From Amoeboaphelidium occidentale (lineage: Eukaryota), in the NCBI GenBank assembly GCA_023515795.1, contig JALGPX010000005.1, forward strand, positions 62,001 to 126,000: 64,000 nt of DNA, in the 5' to 3' direction. Made by a program: the position numbers and the translations under genes. Position 1 is the first letter of the stretch, and each line of letters opens with the position of its first letter. Below the pieces are notes generated by a model that did not search any database, was not told the origin of the DNA, and was given only the letters and a program-made list of their open reading frames with translations. Shown here piece by piece: positions 19,953 through 33,827 of this stretch.

Positions 19953-21293
19953 ATGAAGATTTTAATCTACATTTTAGAAGTTTGTGTATTAGCTGCATCC
20001 ACGATGGCTTCTTATCGAATTCCAGACAAATGCAATGGAAATGTGGTGATCAACGTGGAATGGCATTCTATGACTGTCGCGCAAAAGATTGCTTATATGG
20101 AAGCTGTTTTGGAGTTAAACAGAAGAGGTTTCGACATTATGATGTCCGATCTTCATGCGAAACATGTACCAGACTGGCATCAAGGCTCATTGTTCTTCAT
20201 TGCACATCGCTACTTTACTCACTTGTACGAACAAGAGTTGCTCAAAATTAATCCTAACTTGGTTCTTCCATACATCGACTGGTCTTTGCTTGGTAACTCT
20301 GGAAACGCTAATGATCTATGGCAGTATTTTGGCGTTCCTGACAAGGACGAGGGCTGCGTGACAGGAAGGTACATAAACCCAGACAGTTACAAGGTTCCTA
20401 ACAGCGAGCTTGCTTTTAAAGGCCAGGCCTGTTTGCGCAGAAAATTGGAAAATCATCAGTATCAAACACCGGAGCTTTTGGGTGAATACATCAGAAAGTC
20501 AACCACTTTTCTTGAATTTGCAAGAAATAATGAACTGTGGCATACAAACATTCACGCGGCAATTGGCGGAGAAATGCTTTATGCTCACTCTCCTGCTGAC
20601 CCACTTTTCTATCCTTTGCATAAGTTTATGGATTTTCTATACTTTGCGTTTCAAAATACTGATCCTCAGAATCGAATGAATAGCTTTGGTGGTACACAGC
20701 CTTATGATAATGGCCGTGCAGTTGATGCTAACACAGAGATACCTGGATTCCCAGGAGTTCGAGTTCGAGACGTTTTCAACACGCTGGATTTATGCTACGT
20801 TTACGTAAATCCTAACACTCGATTCTCAGACTCTAAGATGGTGCTCCAGAACGGATATGTGCCACCTGCCCATTTCGGAAATCAGAACGTCACTATTCCA
20901 AGGCCTTCTCCAGTTACTCATGAAGCAGCAAGTAGATTCGGTTGGTCACAAGATGATGTTAATGAGGCTAACAACGCGTCTCAGCAAAACTATCAGGAAG
21001 TTCAAAGAAAGATTGAAAACAATATTCCCGTGCTTGGGCCTAACGTTGCTCCAGGGTCATCTATCAATGGTTTTGATCCATACCCACCATCACAATTTGC
21101 TATTTCACTTGATAAATCTGGTAGATTAGCAGAACAATTGATCAAGAATATTATACCAACGTATAATTCTTCAAACGGTTACTCTTATGGGGATGGTATT
21201 TCTACGGCACAAGGTAGTTCAGGTAATTCAATAGCTGCTTCCTTTGGAACTTTGTTTGTCGTGATCTTATTGGCAATTATTGGACTACGCTAG
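19953..21293 (+). CDS. Secreted tyrosinase with C-terminal helical extension and GPI-like tail
   Basis: CuA DLH...WHQGSLFFIAHR; CuB WHTNIH...SPADPLFYPLH; LCYVY; hydrophobic C-terminus. Confidence 0.9.
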   Translation: MKILIYILEVCVLAASTMASYRIPDKCNGNVVINVEWHSMTVAQKIAYMEAVLELNRRGFDIMMSDLHAKHVPDWHQGSLFFIAHRYFTHLYEQELLKINPNLVLPYIDWSLLGNSGNANDLWQYFGVPDKDEGCVTGRYINPDSYKVPNSELAFKGQACLRRKLENHQYQTPELLGEYIRKSTTFLEFARNNELWHTNIHAAIGGEMLYAHSPADPLFYPLHKFMDFLYFAFQNTDPQNRMNSFGGTQPYDNGRAVDANTEIPGFPGVRVRDVFNTLDLCYVYVNPNTRFSDSKMVLQNGYVPPAHFGNQNVTIPRPSPVTHEAASRFGWSQDDVNEANNASQQNYQEVQRKIENNIPVLGPNVAPGSSINGFDPYPPSQFAISLDKSGRLAEQLIKNIIPTYNSSNGYSYGDGISTAQGSSGNSIAASFGTLFVVILLAIIGLR

Positions 21294-21339
21294 ATATTGA
21301 GAGTCTAAATTTAGTCAACTATCGGAAGTTGTTTTGTTA

Positions 21340-21745
21340 ATGTCGCAAGTTCAGGAGGTAATTTCTCGCCAAGAACTCAAAATAAATAACTGAAGAAATG
21401 TTCTGTGTGCGATAAGGCGTGTTACGCTATGGAATCAGTGAAAGTGGAAACAATACTATATCACAAAGTGAGTTATTCCTCTTCATCTGACAAACGATGT
21501 AGACCTGCTTAAAATGCGCGCACTGCAATTGCATTGTTAGCTTGGGCAAATTCGCCGCGCTTGAAGGAAAATTCTATTGCAAACCTCATTTCAAACAGCT
21601 GTTCGCTTTGAATGGCAACTATCATACTGGATTTCTGCAAGTTCATAACGATTCGGTTGTTTCAGCTCCTCCATCTAATGCGCCTTCCCGTAAGAACACA
21701 GAACAGGTCCCACTTAGTAGTCTTGATGGACCAGATCAAATCTGA
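21340..21745 (+). CDS. Single-LIM domain protein (LIMD2/EPLIN-type; introns 21358-21395, 21468-21502)
   Basis: Spliced product [13 protein letters not shown]...[11 protein letters not shown]...[11 protein letters not shown]. Confidence 0.8.
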
Positions 21746-21837
21746 CAACATGTTCGATTAAAGCTAAACCGTGATCTCAGCTATTAATAGATGCGTGGTT
21801 TTTGATTCAACGAACGAATTGTCACTTCATTCGAGCA

Positions 21838-22860
<1,023 letters not shown>

Positions 22861-22970
22861 CTCTGAAAAATATACTTGTCTCGATTTTCGTCCAAACAGT
22901 CGCATTTCTAGCGAATCACAAATCGAGGTCTATCGTAAGGCTTCCAATTCCGTTTAGTGTTTTCCGATAA

Positions 22971-24497
22971 ATGAGTTCAGAAATAGAAAATATTGAGACA
23001 ACTACTGCCGAACAGCGGAGTGTTTCTTTTGGATCGTCACAGGAACGCACACTTGTACAATTGACTGCTATCGATCAGGACCTAGATGTTACAAGCACGA
23101 GGAGACAATTATTTAAGCAGTATCTCGCTCTAGTACTGACCTGCATGCTTCCTTTCGGAATCTATTACTCGTACGATATACCGGGTGCCATCAATGTGCA
23201 GCTACAGGAATGGTTCGAGAGTGATTTCGAAGCATGGCAAATTAGGTTAAATGGTCTCTATTCGGCATACTCACTCCCGAATCTCGTAATGCCCGTTGTC
23301 AGCGGAGTATTGGTAGATTTTTTGGGTGCACATCGCATGATGATGGCTTTCGCTGTTCTGATCATTCTTGGGCAAGGTTTAGTCGTTGCTGGCATAGAAT
23401 TTAAGAGCTTTGCATTTCTTCTTGTTGGACGAATTGTATTCGGTATTGGTGGAGAATCTTTGGAAGTTGCTCAAGCACGATTAATTGTCGACTTGTTCGG
23501 TAACAAGCACACTGGTTTCGCTCTTGGATTGAACCTCACATTCGCTAGAATTGCCGGTGCACTTAATGACTGGCTTAGCCCTGCAATTGCAGAGCAATTC
23601 GGAGTTACTGCTGCATCTTGGGGTGGGTTGGTTGCTTGTTTCGTTGGCCTCTCTTGTTTAATTCCTCTAATTTATTTGCATAAGACCACAAAGGATAACA
23701 GCCAGACCGAGGAAGAAGAATGTCTGTTGGAGCCAAGCCCGAAAGGTAGCGGTAACGATGATGATGGTTATTGCAGCGAGCAAGATCAAGTATCGTCGAT
23801 ATCATCTGATAATAGCAAGATTGCACACGATGACGAAGATGCGTTCAACTGGAGGTCTGTATTTAAGCTTTCCAACTCTTTCTATATTCTTTGTATAACA
23901 ATATCCTTACTTTACGGATCAGTCAATCCTTTTATTCACATTCTGTCTGCATTCTTACAAAAAACATATGGTTACAATGAGCGCAAGAGTGGAATGTTGA
24001 TGTCTGTTCCTGATTTGATATCTGCTGTTGGATCACCATTGTTTGGTTTTCTGATGGATAAGCTTGCTTCATCAAAGTTTTTGCGTGGTAAAATTAGAAG
24101 CTATATGCTACCTCTATCTGGTGTACTTCTTATAATTTCACATGTGTGCTTTCTTTTGAATTGTTTTAGCCCTTTAGTAATGTTGGTGTTTATTGGAATC
24201 GCATATTCTTTATTTGGCTCTGTAATGTGGCCCTTGGTTCCAGAGGTGGTGCAAAACAGTGATTTGCTTGGTACTGCTTACGGATTCAGTTCAGTAGCCC
24301 TGAATGTTGCTTTGACCGTGGTTCCTTTGATTGTGGGAGCTATCGTTCCTGTTCACGGTTATTTTGGAGCACTTTCTTTCTTTTTGGGTTTAGCTTCCAG
24401 TGGTACAATGCTTGGTCTCTTTGTACTATTATATACGGCACGAAAGCATTTGAAATATTCCAGACTTCCAAGTCTCGACGTAGACGGGGAACTCTGA
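22971..24497 (+). CDS. MFS transporter, MFSD1-like
   Basis: 12-TM pattern; YYSYDIPGA, LYSAYSLPN, GRIVFGIGGESL. Confidence 0.88.
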   Translation: MSSEIENIETTTAEQRSVSFGSSQERTLVQLTAIDQDLDVTSTRRQLFKQYLALVLTCMLPFGIYYSYDIPGAINVQLQEWFESDFEAWQIRLNGLYSAYSLPNLVMPVVSGVLVDFLGAHRMMMAFAVLIILGQGLVVAGIEFKSFAFLLVGRIVFGIGGESLEVAQARLIVDLFGNKHTGFALGLNLTFARIAGALNDWLSPAIAEQFGVTAASWGGLVACFVGLSCLIPLIYLHKTTKDNSQTEEEECLLEPSPKGSGNDDDGYCSEQDQVSSISSDNSKIAHDDEDAFNWRSVFKLSNSFYILCITISLLYGSVNPFIHILSAFLQKTYGYNERKSGMLMSVPDLISAVGSPLFGFLMDKLASSKFLRGKIRSYMLPLSGVLLIISHVCFLLNCFSPLVMLVFIGIAYSLFGSVMWPLVPEVVQNSDLLGTAYGFSSVALNVALTVVPLIVGAIVPVHGYFGALSFFLGLASSGTMLGLFVLLYTARKHLKYSRLPSLDVDGEL

Positions 24498-24587
24498 AAA
24501 CCTGCGACATTTGATTGAAGGCCTATAAATAGATTCAGTCATAACATCGTGGCACAGCTTCAATCTCTTAATTTTTAAACTGTAAAG

Positions 24588-26882
<2,295 letters not shown>

Positions 26883-26942
26883 GAGAATGCACTTGAATGT
26901 TGAATAGAATGTATTTCGGAAAGTTGCACTTTCTATTGCGCA

Positions 26943-27696
26943 ATGTTGAAGCGATTCGCGAGCAAACTACGACCGCTGAACACAAGGCTATTCAGCACAT
27001 CAAGCCAATTAAAAAGTAATTTCCTTAAAGAAAACTGAATTTAACCCTTCAGGCTCAGCAGCACCACAGGCAACTGGCGTTAATCTTAAGGAATTCGGCG
27101 ACTATTTGTTGAAAGCTTTGCCAAAGTATTTGCAGCAAGTATCGTTATACAAGAATGAATTGACATTGCACGTTGCACCCTCAGCAGTCGTCCCAACATT
27201 GACATTCTTGAGGGACCATACCAATTGCCAGTTTAAGCAGTGCATGGACGTTTGTGGTGTTGATTATCCTCACAGGCTTGACAGATTCGAAGTTGTTTAT
27301 AATCTGCTGTCGCTCACGTACAATTCTCGTATTCGTGTGAAGACATATACCGACGAAGTTAAACCTGTGCCAAGCTCCTGCGAAGTTTACCCTGGAAATA
27401 ATTGGTTCGAAAGGGAGGCTTATGATATGTATGGAATCTACTTCCAGAATCATCCTGATTTGCGTCGTATCTTGACAGACTACGGCTTTGAAGGATATCC
27501 TTTGAGAAAGGACTTTCCATTAACAGGCTACTCAGAAGTTCGTTACGACGAAGAGAAGAAGAGGATTGTTTATGAGCCTTTGGAATTGGCTCAAGCTTTC
27601 CGTTACTTTGACTATCAAAGCCCGTGGGACCAGACTGGTGATGGTAAAGTTGAAACGTTACCTGCTCCAGAAGCAAAGACTGAAAACCAGAAATAG
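26943..27696 (+). CDS. NDUFS3: NADH dehydrogenase (complex I) 30 kDa subunit
   Basis: [12 protein letters not shown]...[26 protein letters not shown]; upstream mitochondrial presequence exon plus a short intron. Confidence 0.93.
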
Positions 27697-27708
27697 AAAA
27701 TTTTCGTC

Positions 27709-29854
27709 ATGACTTGCGATTTTGTGATTATTGGAGAGTTCTCGCAACTCAGTGGCCCTGAGCTTGTCTGGTCATTACCGCGACTCGCTGGTGATCATTC
27801 CCGTGTCAAGTCTCTTATTAATGAGATGGTCAATATGTTTCCACAGTCTGAAGGCGACGATATGTCTGAGGAGATAGATTTCGTACATGAACTGTTTCCG
27901 TGTGCTTCCAGTTGCCACACCAATGCTCTGGTAAATAACGATTTGTTAAATGAAAATTGCTGATATTCAAGGTTAAACTCGTGCCGATGAAAGATATCGA
28001 AGCTAGAGGTCTTGGCAGACGAATTGTTATCGCGTATTGCTCTAATAACGCTTTAAAGTTATCAAAGAATTCCCAGCGCATTTGCAATGGTCTCAGTTAC
28101 GTCTCTTTGATATTGCTCTGTGGGAATAATATTCAGTTCTTGTGTGACGCTGTGCAGTTTCTCGTTAGTGATAATTCTTGTGATGTTGACATGTTGATTG
28201 TGGAATACCAGAGAGCATATCGCTACTTGTCAGAATTCGATTTCAGCCTTGTTTCAGACGAACATAGGAGTGTCTTACAAGGAATAACGGAGGAGATTGT
28301 TAAAGCTCACGAAGATCTGTTCATTATGGTGTCAAAACCGGATGGTTGTGTTTCGAATGAGTTGCGGCACCTATGCCAACAATTATGTAAAGAGGTAATT
28401 GTTATGAACGCTTTTATAAACTTCTATAGGACTCTTACACAAAACGTGTTTTGAAAAATTGCATTGATGAAGATTTGAGGCTTCTTTACGAGATTATTGG
28501 GCCTACAGTGTTCTATTCTGTTTCGAAAAATCATCTGCACAGGCTGCTTGATGAATGCTCAGATCTGAGCCCAGGTAAAGTGCTTGACGATTCCTTTGCT
28601 CCATCTTGTACAATTTTGGCAACGATTTCTAAATTCTCTTTCTCGATGCATGTTATTTTTGCCCTTATGCTTGGTAGGAAACTGGTTATTATTGGCAGCT
28701 CCAAAAATGAAATCCATATTCGCAAGATTGTGGAATTTTATTCTAACTTTATACCAACCCGCACAAAGTCTGTTTTACTTTTTACGAAGAATTTAAACAA
28801 AGACATGCTTCTGAGGTATCAAATAATTGGCGTGGAAAAGGCTCCTAAACTGCCAGAATTTGTCAGGAAAGAAGCCATAGTTGTAGATTATGATTACGAA
28901 ACGTACACTGGACCTATTTATGATCGTGGTATGATTATTAATGTTCTCTTAGAGGATGGAAAACTATGTCCAAACGATTCAAGTTTCATTTTGTACCTTA
29001 ATTCAACCTTTGAAGAACTACGCATGAAAGCAAGACTTTTTAAATTAATTAATCAGCCGATATCTGAGGATAATGTTCCTGTTTTGTACAATGCTGCATT
29101 GTTTGATGTCTTCTCGCATGGCAGTGCGAGGCGCGAACGAAACAATACCTTGACAACTCTTGGCCTTTCGCTAAAGAAAAAGCTTAAAGAAATTTCTCAG
29201 AGAGCCTCATCTGAAAAAGTAGACTCAAACTCAGTTCGTCGCCGCAGCAGCGAATCTCATTCAAGACACTTGGTGGATTTGTTTGCATCTGCTAATCTTG
29301 GAGACAACAGCAGCTCCTTCAACAGGACTAGAGAGTACGATCAGGGGAAATTATCATCTGTGATGGTTACAGAAAGCGAACCTACAACTCCCGCCTCAGG
29401 ATCTGTTGCATCGTCTCCGATAATTAGGAAAGAACGAGACTCAATATCTTTAACCAACTTCACGCTAGATTCATCATCATCTCGACCAATGACTAAATCT
29501 CTCTCAGAGCATATGATGTATCGTGGATCTGATGGTGGATCACTTTTTTCTTCTTCTGCTTTATGTTTGGATAATTCTCAAGTTAGTGGAATACTATCCA
29601 ACTCAGACAAAGCGTTTTTAGTATCTTCACTTCGGAGAAGGAAAAGCAAAAAGATGTTTCGTTTATCAAGTATATTCCAGAAGAAAACAAAAGCGGAAAA
29701 TGTTCCAGAATCTTTCAGAAATGGTGCTCATGATGTATCAAGATCACTGGTTAAATTGGAATTAGAGGATTATCGATCGAAAATTTGGAGCATTCTTAGC
29801 ATAGATAGCAAAGCAGACCAGCTCATCATCACTCACTTATCTGAAACCCTTTAG
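27709..29854 (+). CDS. SMCR8/folliculin-family longin-DENN protein (2 short introns)
   Basis: [23 protein letters not shown] and [16 protein letters not shown] motifs across three adjacent ORFs. Confidence 0.7.
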
Positions 29855-29984
29855 TATATTAGATTTTTGTCTTGAATATCCCTGTTTTGTGCCTCGAACC
29901 AGAAGGCTAAGGTCGCGACGAATGTCGATCACTTTGTTCGGTTCAAAATTTTTTCATTTCCTAGCAGAGAGCCTTAAGAATCAA

Positions 29985-30413
29985 ATGGCACAACGTGTTA
30001 CTTATAGAAGACGTTTATCATACAACACTGCATCCAACAAGGTCCGCAAGGTCAAGACACCAGGTGAGATAATTAATTAACCGAGGCCTAATAAGTGCCT
30101 AGGTGGAAGACTTCTTGTGCAGTACGTAAAGAAGCGCGCTAACGTGCCAAAATGCGGTGATTGTGGAGGAAATCTTAATGGAATCCCAGCATTACGTCCA
30201 AAGGAATACAAGCAGCTTTCAAAGAGAGAGAAGACTGTCCAGAGATCTTACGGAGGATCACGTTGCGGAGGATGTGTCAGATCTCGGTAAGAATGCTTTG
30301 GATGACTTTAACTCATTTTTAGTATTGTGAGAGCTTTCTTGGTTGAAGAGCAGAAGATTGTGAAGAAGGTCTTGAAGGCACAAGCTGCAGCTGCTGCAAA
30401 GACAAAGGCATAA
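29985..30413 (+). CDS. RPL34: 60S ribosomal protein L34 (2 introns)
   Basis: [18 protein letters not shown]...KTPG|GRL...KCGDCG...[12 protein letters not shown]...[16 protein letters not shown]. Confidence 0.95.
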
Positions 30414-30424
30414 TAAACTATGAG

Positions 30425-30619
30425 GAAGTTATACGGGTTGAAATTATTATTTGATTGTAATCGTGTACTTATGAGCAGAATAGCAGCACTATGTGTGTAC
30501 AACCACAACTTCTTTTAATAGTTATTGGTTGAAGGATTAAACGGTGCTATATCAATCCGGCTTTAGGCACAACGCTTCTTTCATTTAGGAATAAGCGCAA
30601 TGCCTTCAGCCATACATTT
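30425..30619 (+). ncRNA. Candidate structured ncRNA (H/ACA-like: two hairpins plus terminal ACA)
   Basis: Stems gaagtt/aacttc with ggttg/caacc (30425-30512) and tggttgaagg/ccttcagcca (30526-30612), then ACA at 30614-30616. The H box is imperfect. Confidence 0.3.
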
Positions 30620-30705
30620 CTTATTATCTTTACAACATTGTCTTAAGCTACCGCGACCTTTGCCGTTAAACATTAACCATCTGATTTTTCTTGCTTGACA
30701 CAATC

Positions 30706-31308
30706 ATGCTACGCGCAACACGTTCATTTGGACTCAGTAAATCAATCGTCGTATTGCCGACTATGAAGCGCTTCAACAGCAGCACAGTCTTAATGAACAA
30801 TGATGAACAGAATTTAGTTACAGAAATATCAGAATACGCACAACAGTCAATCGATAATAAATTGGCACCAAAAGGATATCTACCAAAGTTCGTGAATGTC
30901 CTCATGAAGACGGGCAATGATAAAGCAAAGGTCGAAAAGCACGTGGCTTATGGTCTGCAGATAATTCACAGAGAAACTAATCAGAATCCAGAGCAGCTAT
31001 TTGAGAGGGCCATCGACATGATCTCTCCTGTTTTAATGTGTGGCTCATTCAAAAGAGGTGCGAAACTTATTAAAGTCCCTCTGACGCTGAATGAGCGCAT
31101 GTCAAGACGGTACGCATTCAATTGGCTACGTGATCAAATAAGAGCCAAGAACAAGCCAGCTCTGGAACAGCGATTCGCTAAGGAAGTCTTGAGTATTCTT
31201 GAAGGAGAAAGCGTTATACTTACTAAGAAGGCTCAGGTCCACAAAGATGCTCTATTAAACCGTTCATTCGCCCCAATGCGATGGGCTGTCGGTGGAAGGA
31301 AGGAATGA
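30706..31308 (+). CDS. MRPS7: Mitochondrial ribosomal protein uS7m
   Basis: KFVNVLMKTG.K, AIDMISP, KRGAKLIKVP, KKAQVHKDALLNRSFA; presequence-like N-terminus. Confidence 0.85.
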   Translation: MLRATRSFGLSKSIVVLPTMKRFNSSTVLMNNDEQNLVTEISEYAQQSIDNKLAPKGYLPKFVNVLMKTGNDKAKVEKHVAYGLQIIHRETNQNPEQLFERAIDMISPVLMCGSFKRGAKLIKVPLTLNERMSRRYAFNWLRDQIRAKNKPALEQRFAKEVLSILEGESVILTKKAQVHKDALLNRSFAPMRWAVGGRKE

Positions 31309-31374
31309 TGTGGTTCCTTTAGTGAATAGATTGACGCCGATCTGCCGGATATTTTCTCTCAGAAGTTTCCCACC

Positions 31375-32497
31375 ATGCGATTATTGCTCAGCCTTTTAAC
31401 AGCGCTTTTGCTGTTCTTCTGCTCCTTAAAGTGCGGTAATGTTCATTTAAAAGCGTTTCGTGTTAAATTTCTAGTGGACGCATATTCCGTTCAAAATCGT
31501 TTCCACTCTGAATGCGTTACGAGCAATGTTCAGCCTTTTAAGAAGGACAACGATTCAATCTCTTTGCAACTGACTTATCCTTCAATTAATGGTACTTTTG
31601 GTGTTACGCTCTTCTTTGGTGGTATGTTGGGGTAATGCCTTTTCTGTGTTAGCTTCAATACTTACAAGTAGAACTGTCCCTGTGTCTTTCTACTCTGACA
31701 TGTTCCAGAGATTAAGTGTCTCTTCTCAGCATGTTGTCGTCGCATTTGACTTTCTTGGTGGTATTGCGAAGGATTATGTGGATGCTGGTCAAAGAGTTAA
31801 TCGCGCGATTTCTTGGTTCAACGAGCACCACAGCGAATTGTTTCCTGAAGGTGTAAAGGTGGATATGTCGAATGTTGTTTTTGTTACGCATTCAAGTGGC
31901 ATTCAGTCTATTCTGATGCTGTGGAAGGAGAACTTGTTGAAACAGATCAAAGCCTTGATACTTATTGATCCTGTCGATGCCATTTTCGATCAAGTTACAT
32001 CAGACAAGACTAAAGCTCTTCCTCGTGATACTCATTTAATGGTTATGAGCACGGGTCTATGCGAAACTGCTGCATTAGAAGTTCCAGCTCCTTGGTTCAT
32101 GAACACTACTAAATGGAATCTGCCTCCAATTTTTGATGAAGGTCGTTTATGGCCTTCTTGTTGTCCTAAAGGTTTGAGCTCAGGACGTTTCTTGAATTAC
32201 TTGTCTGATCACTCTGTTCTACACCTGAATTACACGCAATACGGACATTGTGATTTACTGGATGATCGTTGGGTTTGGATTAATAACCTGTTCAGATTCT
32301 GTAAGAGCGCAACAGACCAAAGACTTTCTAGAAGAGAGAGTAATGTTTTTGATCTAAGCGAGTTCCGTCATAATGTCGTTGCTGCTGTTTCATCCTTTAC
32401 GCAGTATGCGCTTACTGGTTCAAGAGATAGAATCGATGAGGCATTGAATACCACATGGGCACAACATAATATTGTTATTAATTGGAATAAAGCGTGA
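31375..32497 (+). CDS. Secreted chlorophyllase-like alpha/beta hydrolase (intron 31632-31671)
   Basis: GTFGVTLFFGG|...FYSDM, THSSG (nucleophile), LILIDPVD (acid), YGHCDLLDD (His); signal peptide. Confidence 0.75.
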
Positions 32498-32583
32498 GTG
32501 AAAGTCCTCGTGTCCGGACATTTGCAAAAAGTTTGCAAATCACAGTAAAACTTCTTTTGTTTGTTTGTTGAAACGGTACAGAA

Positions 32584-33615
32584 ATGGCAAGCGGTAAACC
32601 CTTTGCGTCTTATGCCCAGCACAACTAAAAATTTTCTGTAGGTTACGATCATGGAGGTGGAGGAGGTTTCTATGCAGATGGGATGACAAGCACTCAGTCC
32701 CCAGCGACTAAAAAGGTAAAGAAGCTTGGCTGTTCTCAAACTAACACTTCAAGGCTCGCCAAACTGTTCAGACAATAACGCCGATAACTTTAAAACAGGT
32801 CGCAGCTGCAGTGGAGAAGAGCGACTCAACGTTCGCACTGAATGATTTCGAACTTTCGATTGTGACTTTTGTTGCCTGCATCAGAAGGATGAGCACGAAA
32901 ACAACACAATCCGCTTATCTTATGGAAGACGGAACTGCATCAGTCGACGTCAGACAGTTCCATGCTCAGAAGGTTGATGGTCAGGATAATTCAATGGATG
33001 AAGCTGTTGACTCGAATGGTGAAAATGGCTTAAGGTGTGTGTTTCACATGGTTCTATTTGTTTACATTCTAGCGAGGGCCAATATGTCAGAGTTTATGGG
33101 CAATTGCGCTCATTTGCCAACAAGATTCACATAAATGCAAGTTCTGTAAGGCCAATTGAAGACTTCAATGAGATCACGTTTCATATGTTGGAAGTTATGC
33201 ATGTGACCGTCAAGAGACAAAATGCAAATGTAAGTTTCCAAAAGCGATCGTTCATTAAATGTTGTAGCAATTTGTTAGCTTTGTAGGGAAGCCTCCTCCG
33301 AATGCTGTTATGGCTGGTGGTGCTTACAATAATCAACAGTACGGAAACTCTGCCTATTACAACCAGCAGCAAAACCACAATGGCGGTGGATACATTCAAG
33401 ATGGGTCATCTCATTTTACTCCTGTTCAGCAGAGAGTCATTGATTTGGTACAGAGTCGTGGTGAAGAAACAGATTTGGGTGTTCATATTGATGAGCTTGC
33501 AAGGATCATGTCGCATGATGGTTTCTCAGATTATCAGATAAGACAAGAAGTCAAGTCCCTTATGAACGAGGGTGTTATTTATTCAACGGATGATTTCCAT
33601 TTTAAAGTAGTTTAA
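32584..33615 (+). CDS. RFA2: Replication protein A 32 kDa subunit (several short introns)
   Basis: QTITPITLKQ, MEDGTASVDVR, YVRVYGQLRSF, RPIEDFNEITFH, and C-terminal winged helix LMNEGVIYSTDDFHFK. Confidence 0.9.
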
Positions 33616-33827
33616 TAAAAGCCGAGGTCTTTGTCTTGTAAGATATTATCTCTGAAACAAGGAGTTTTTGGATAGCATGGTCAAGTAAGCGTCAATGATT
33701 TTACCACGACTTTAACCTGCACCAGTTGGTAAGTGCTACCACAGATATCAAGTGATATTATGTTTTCCCCGGAAAGCCGGAATTTCGCTGACGAATTTTG
33801 AATTGTGGCGATCATTTGTGGCAAAGC

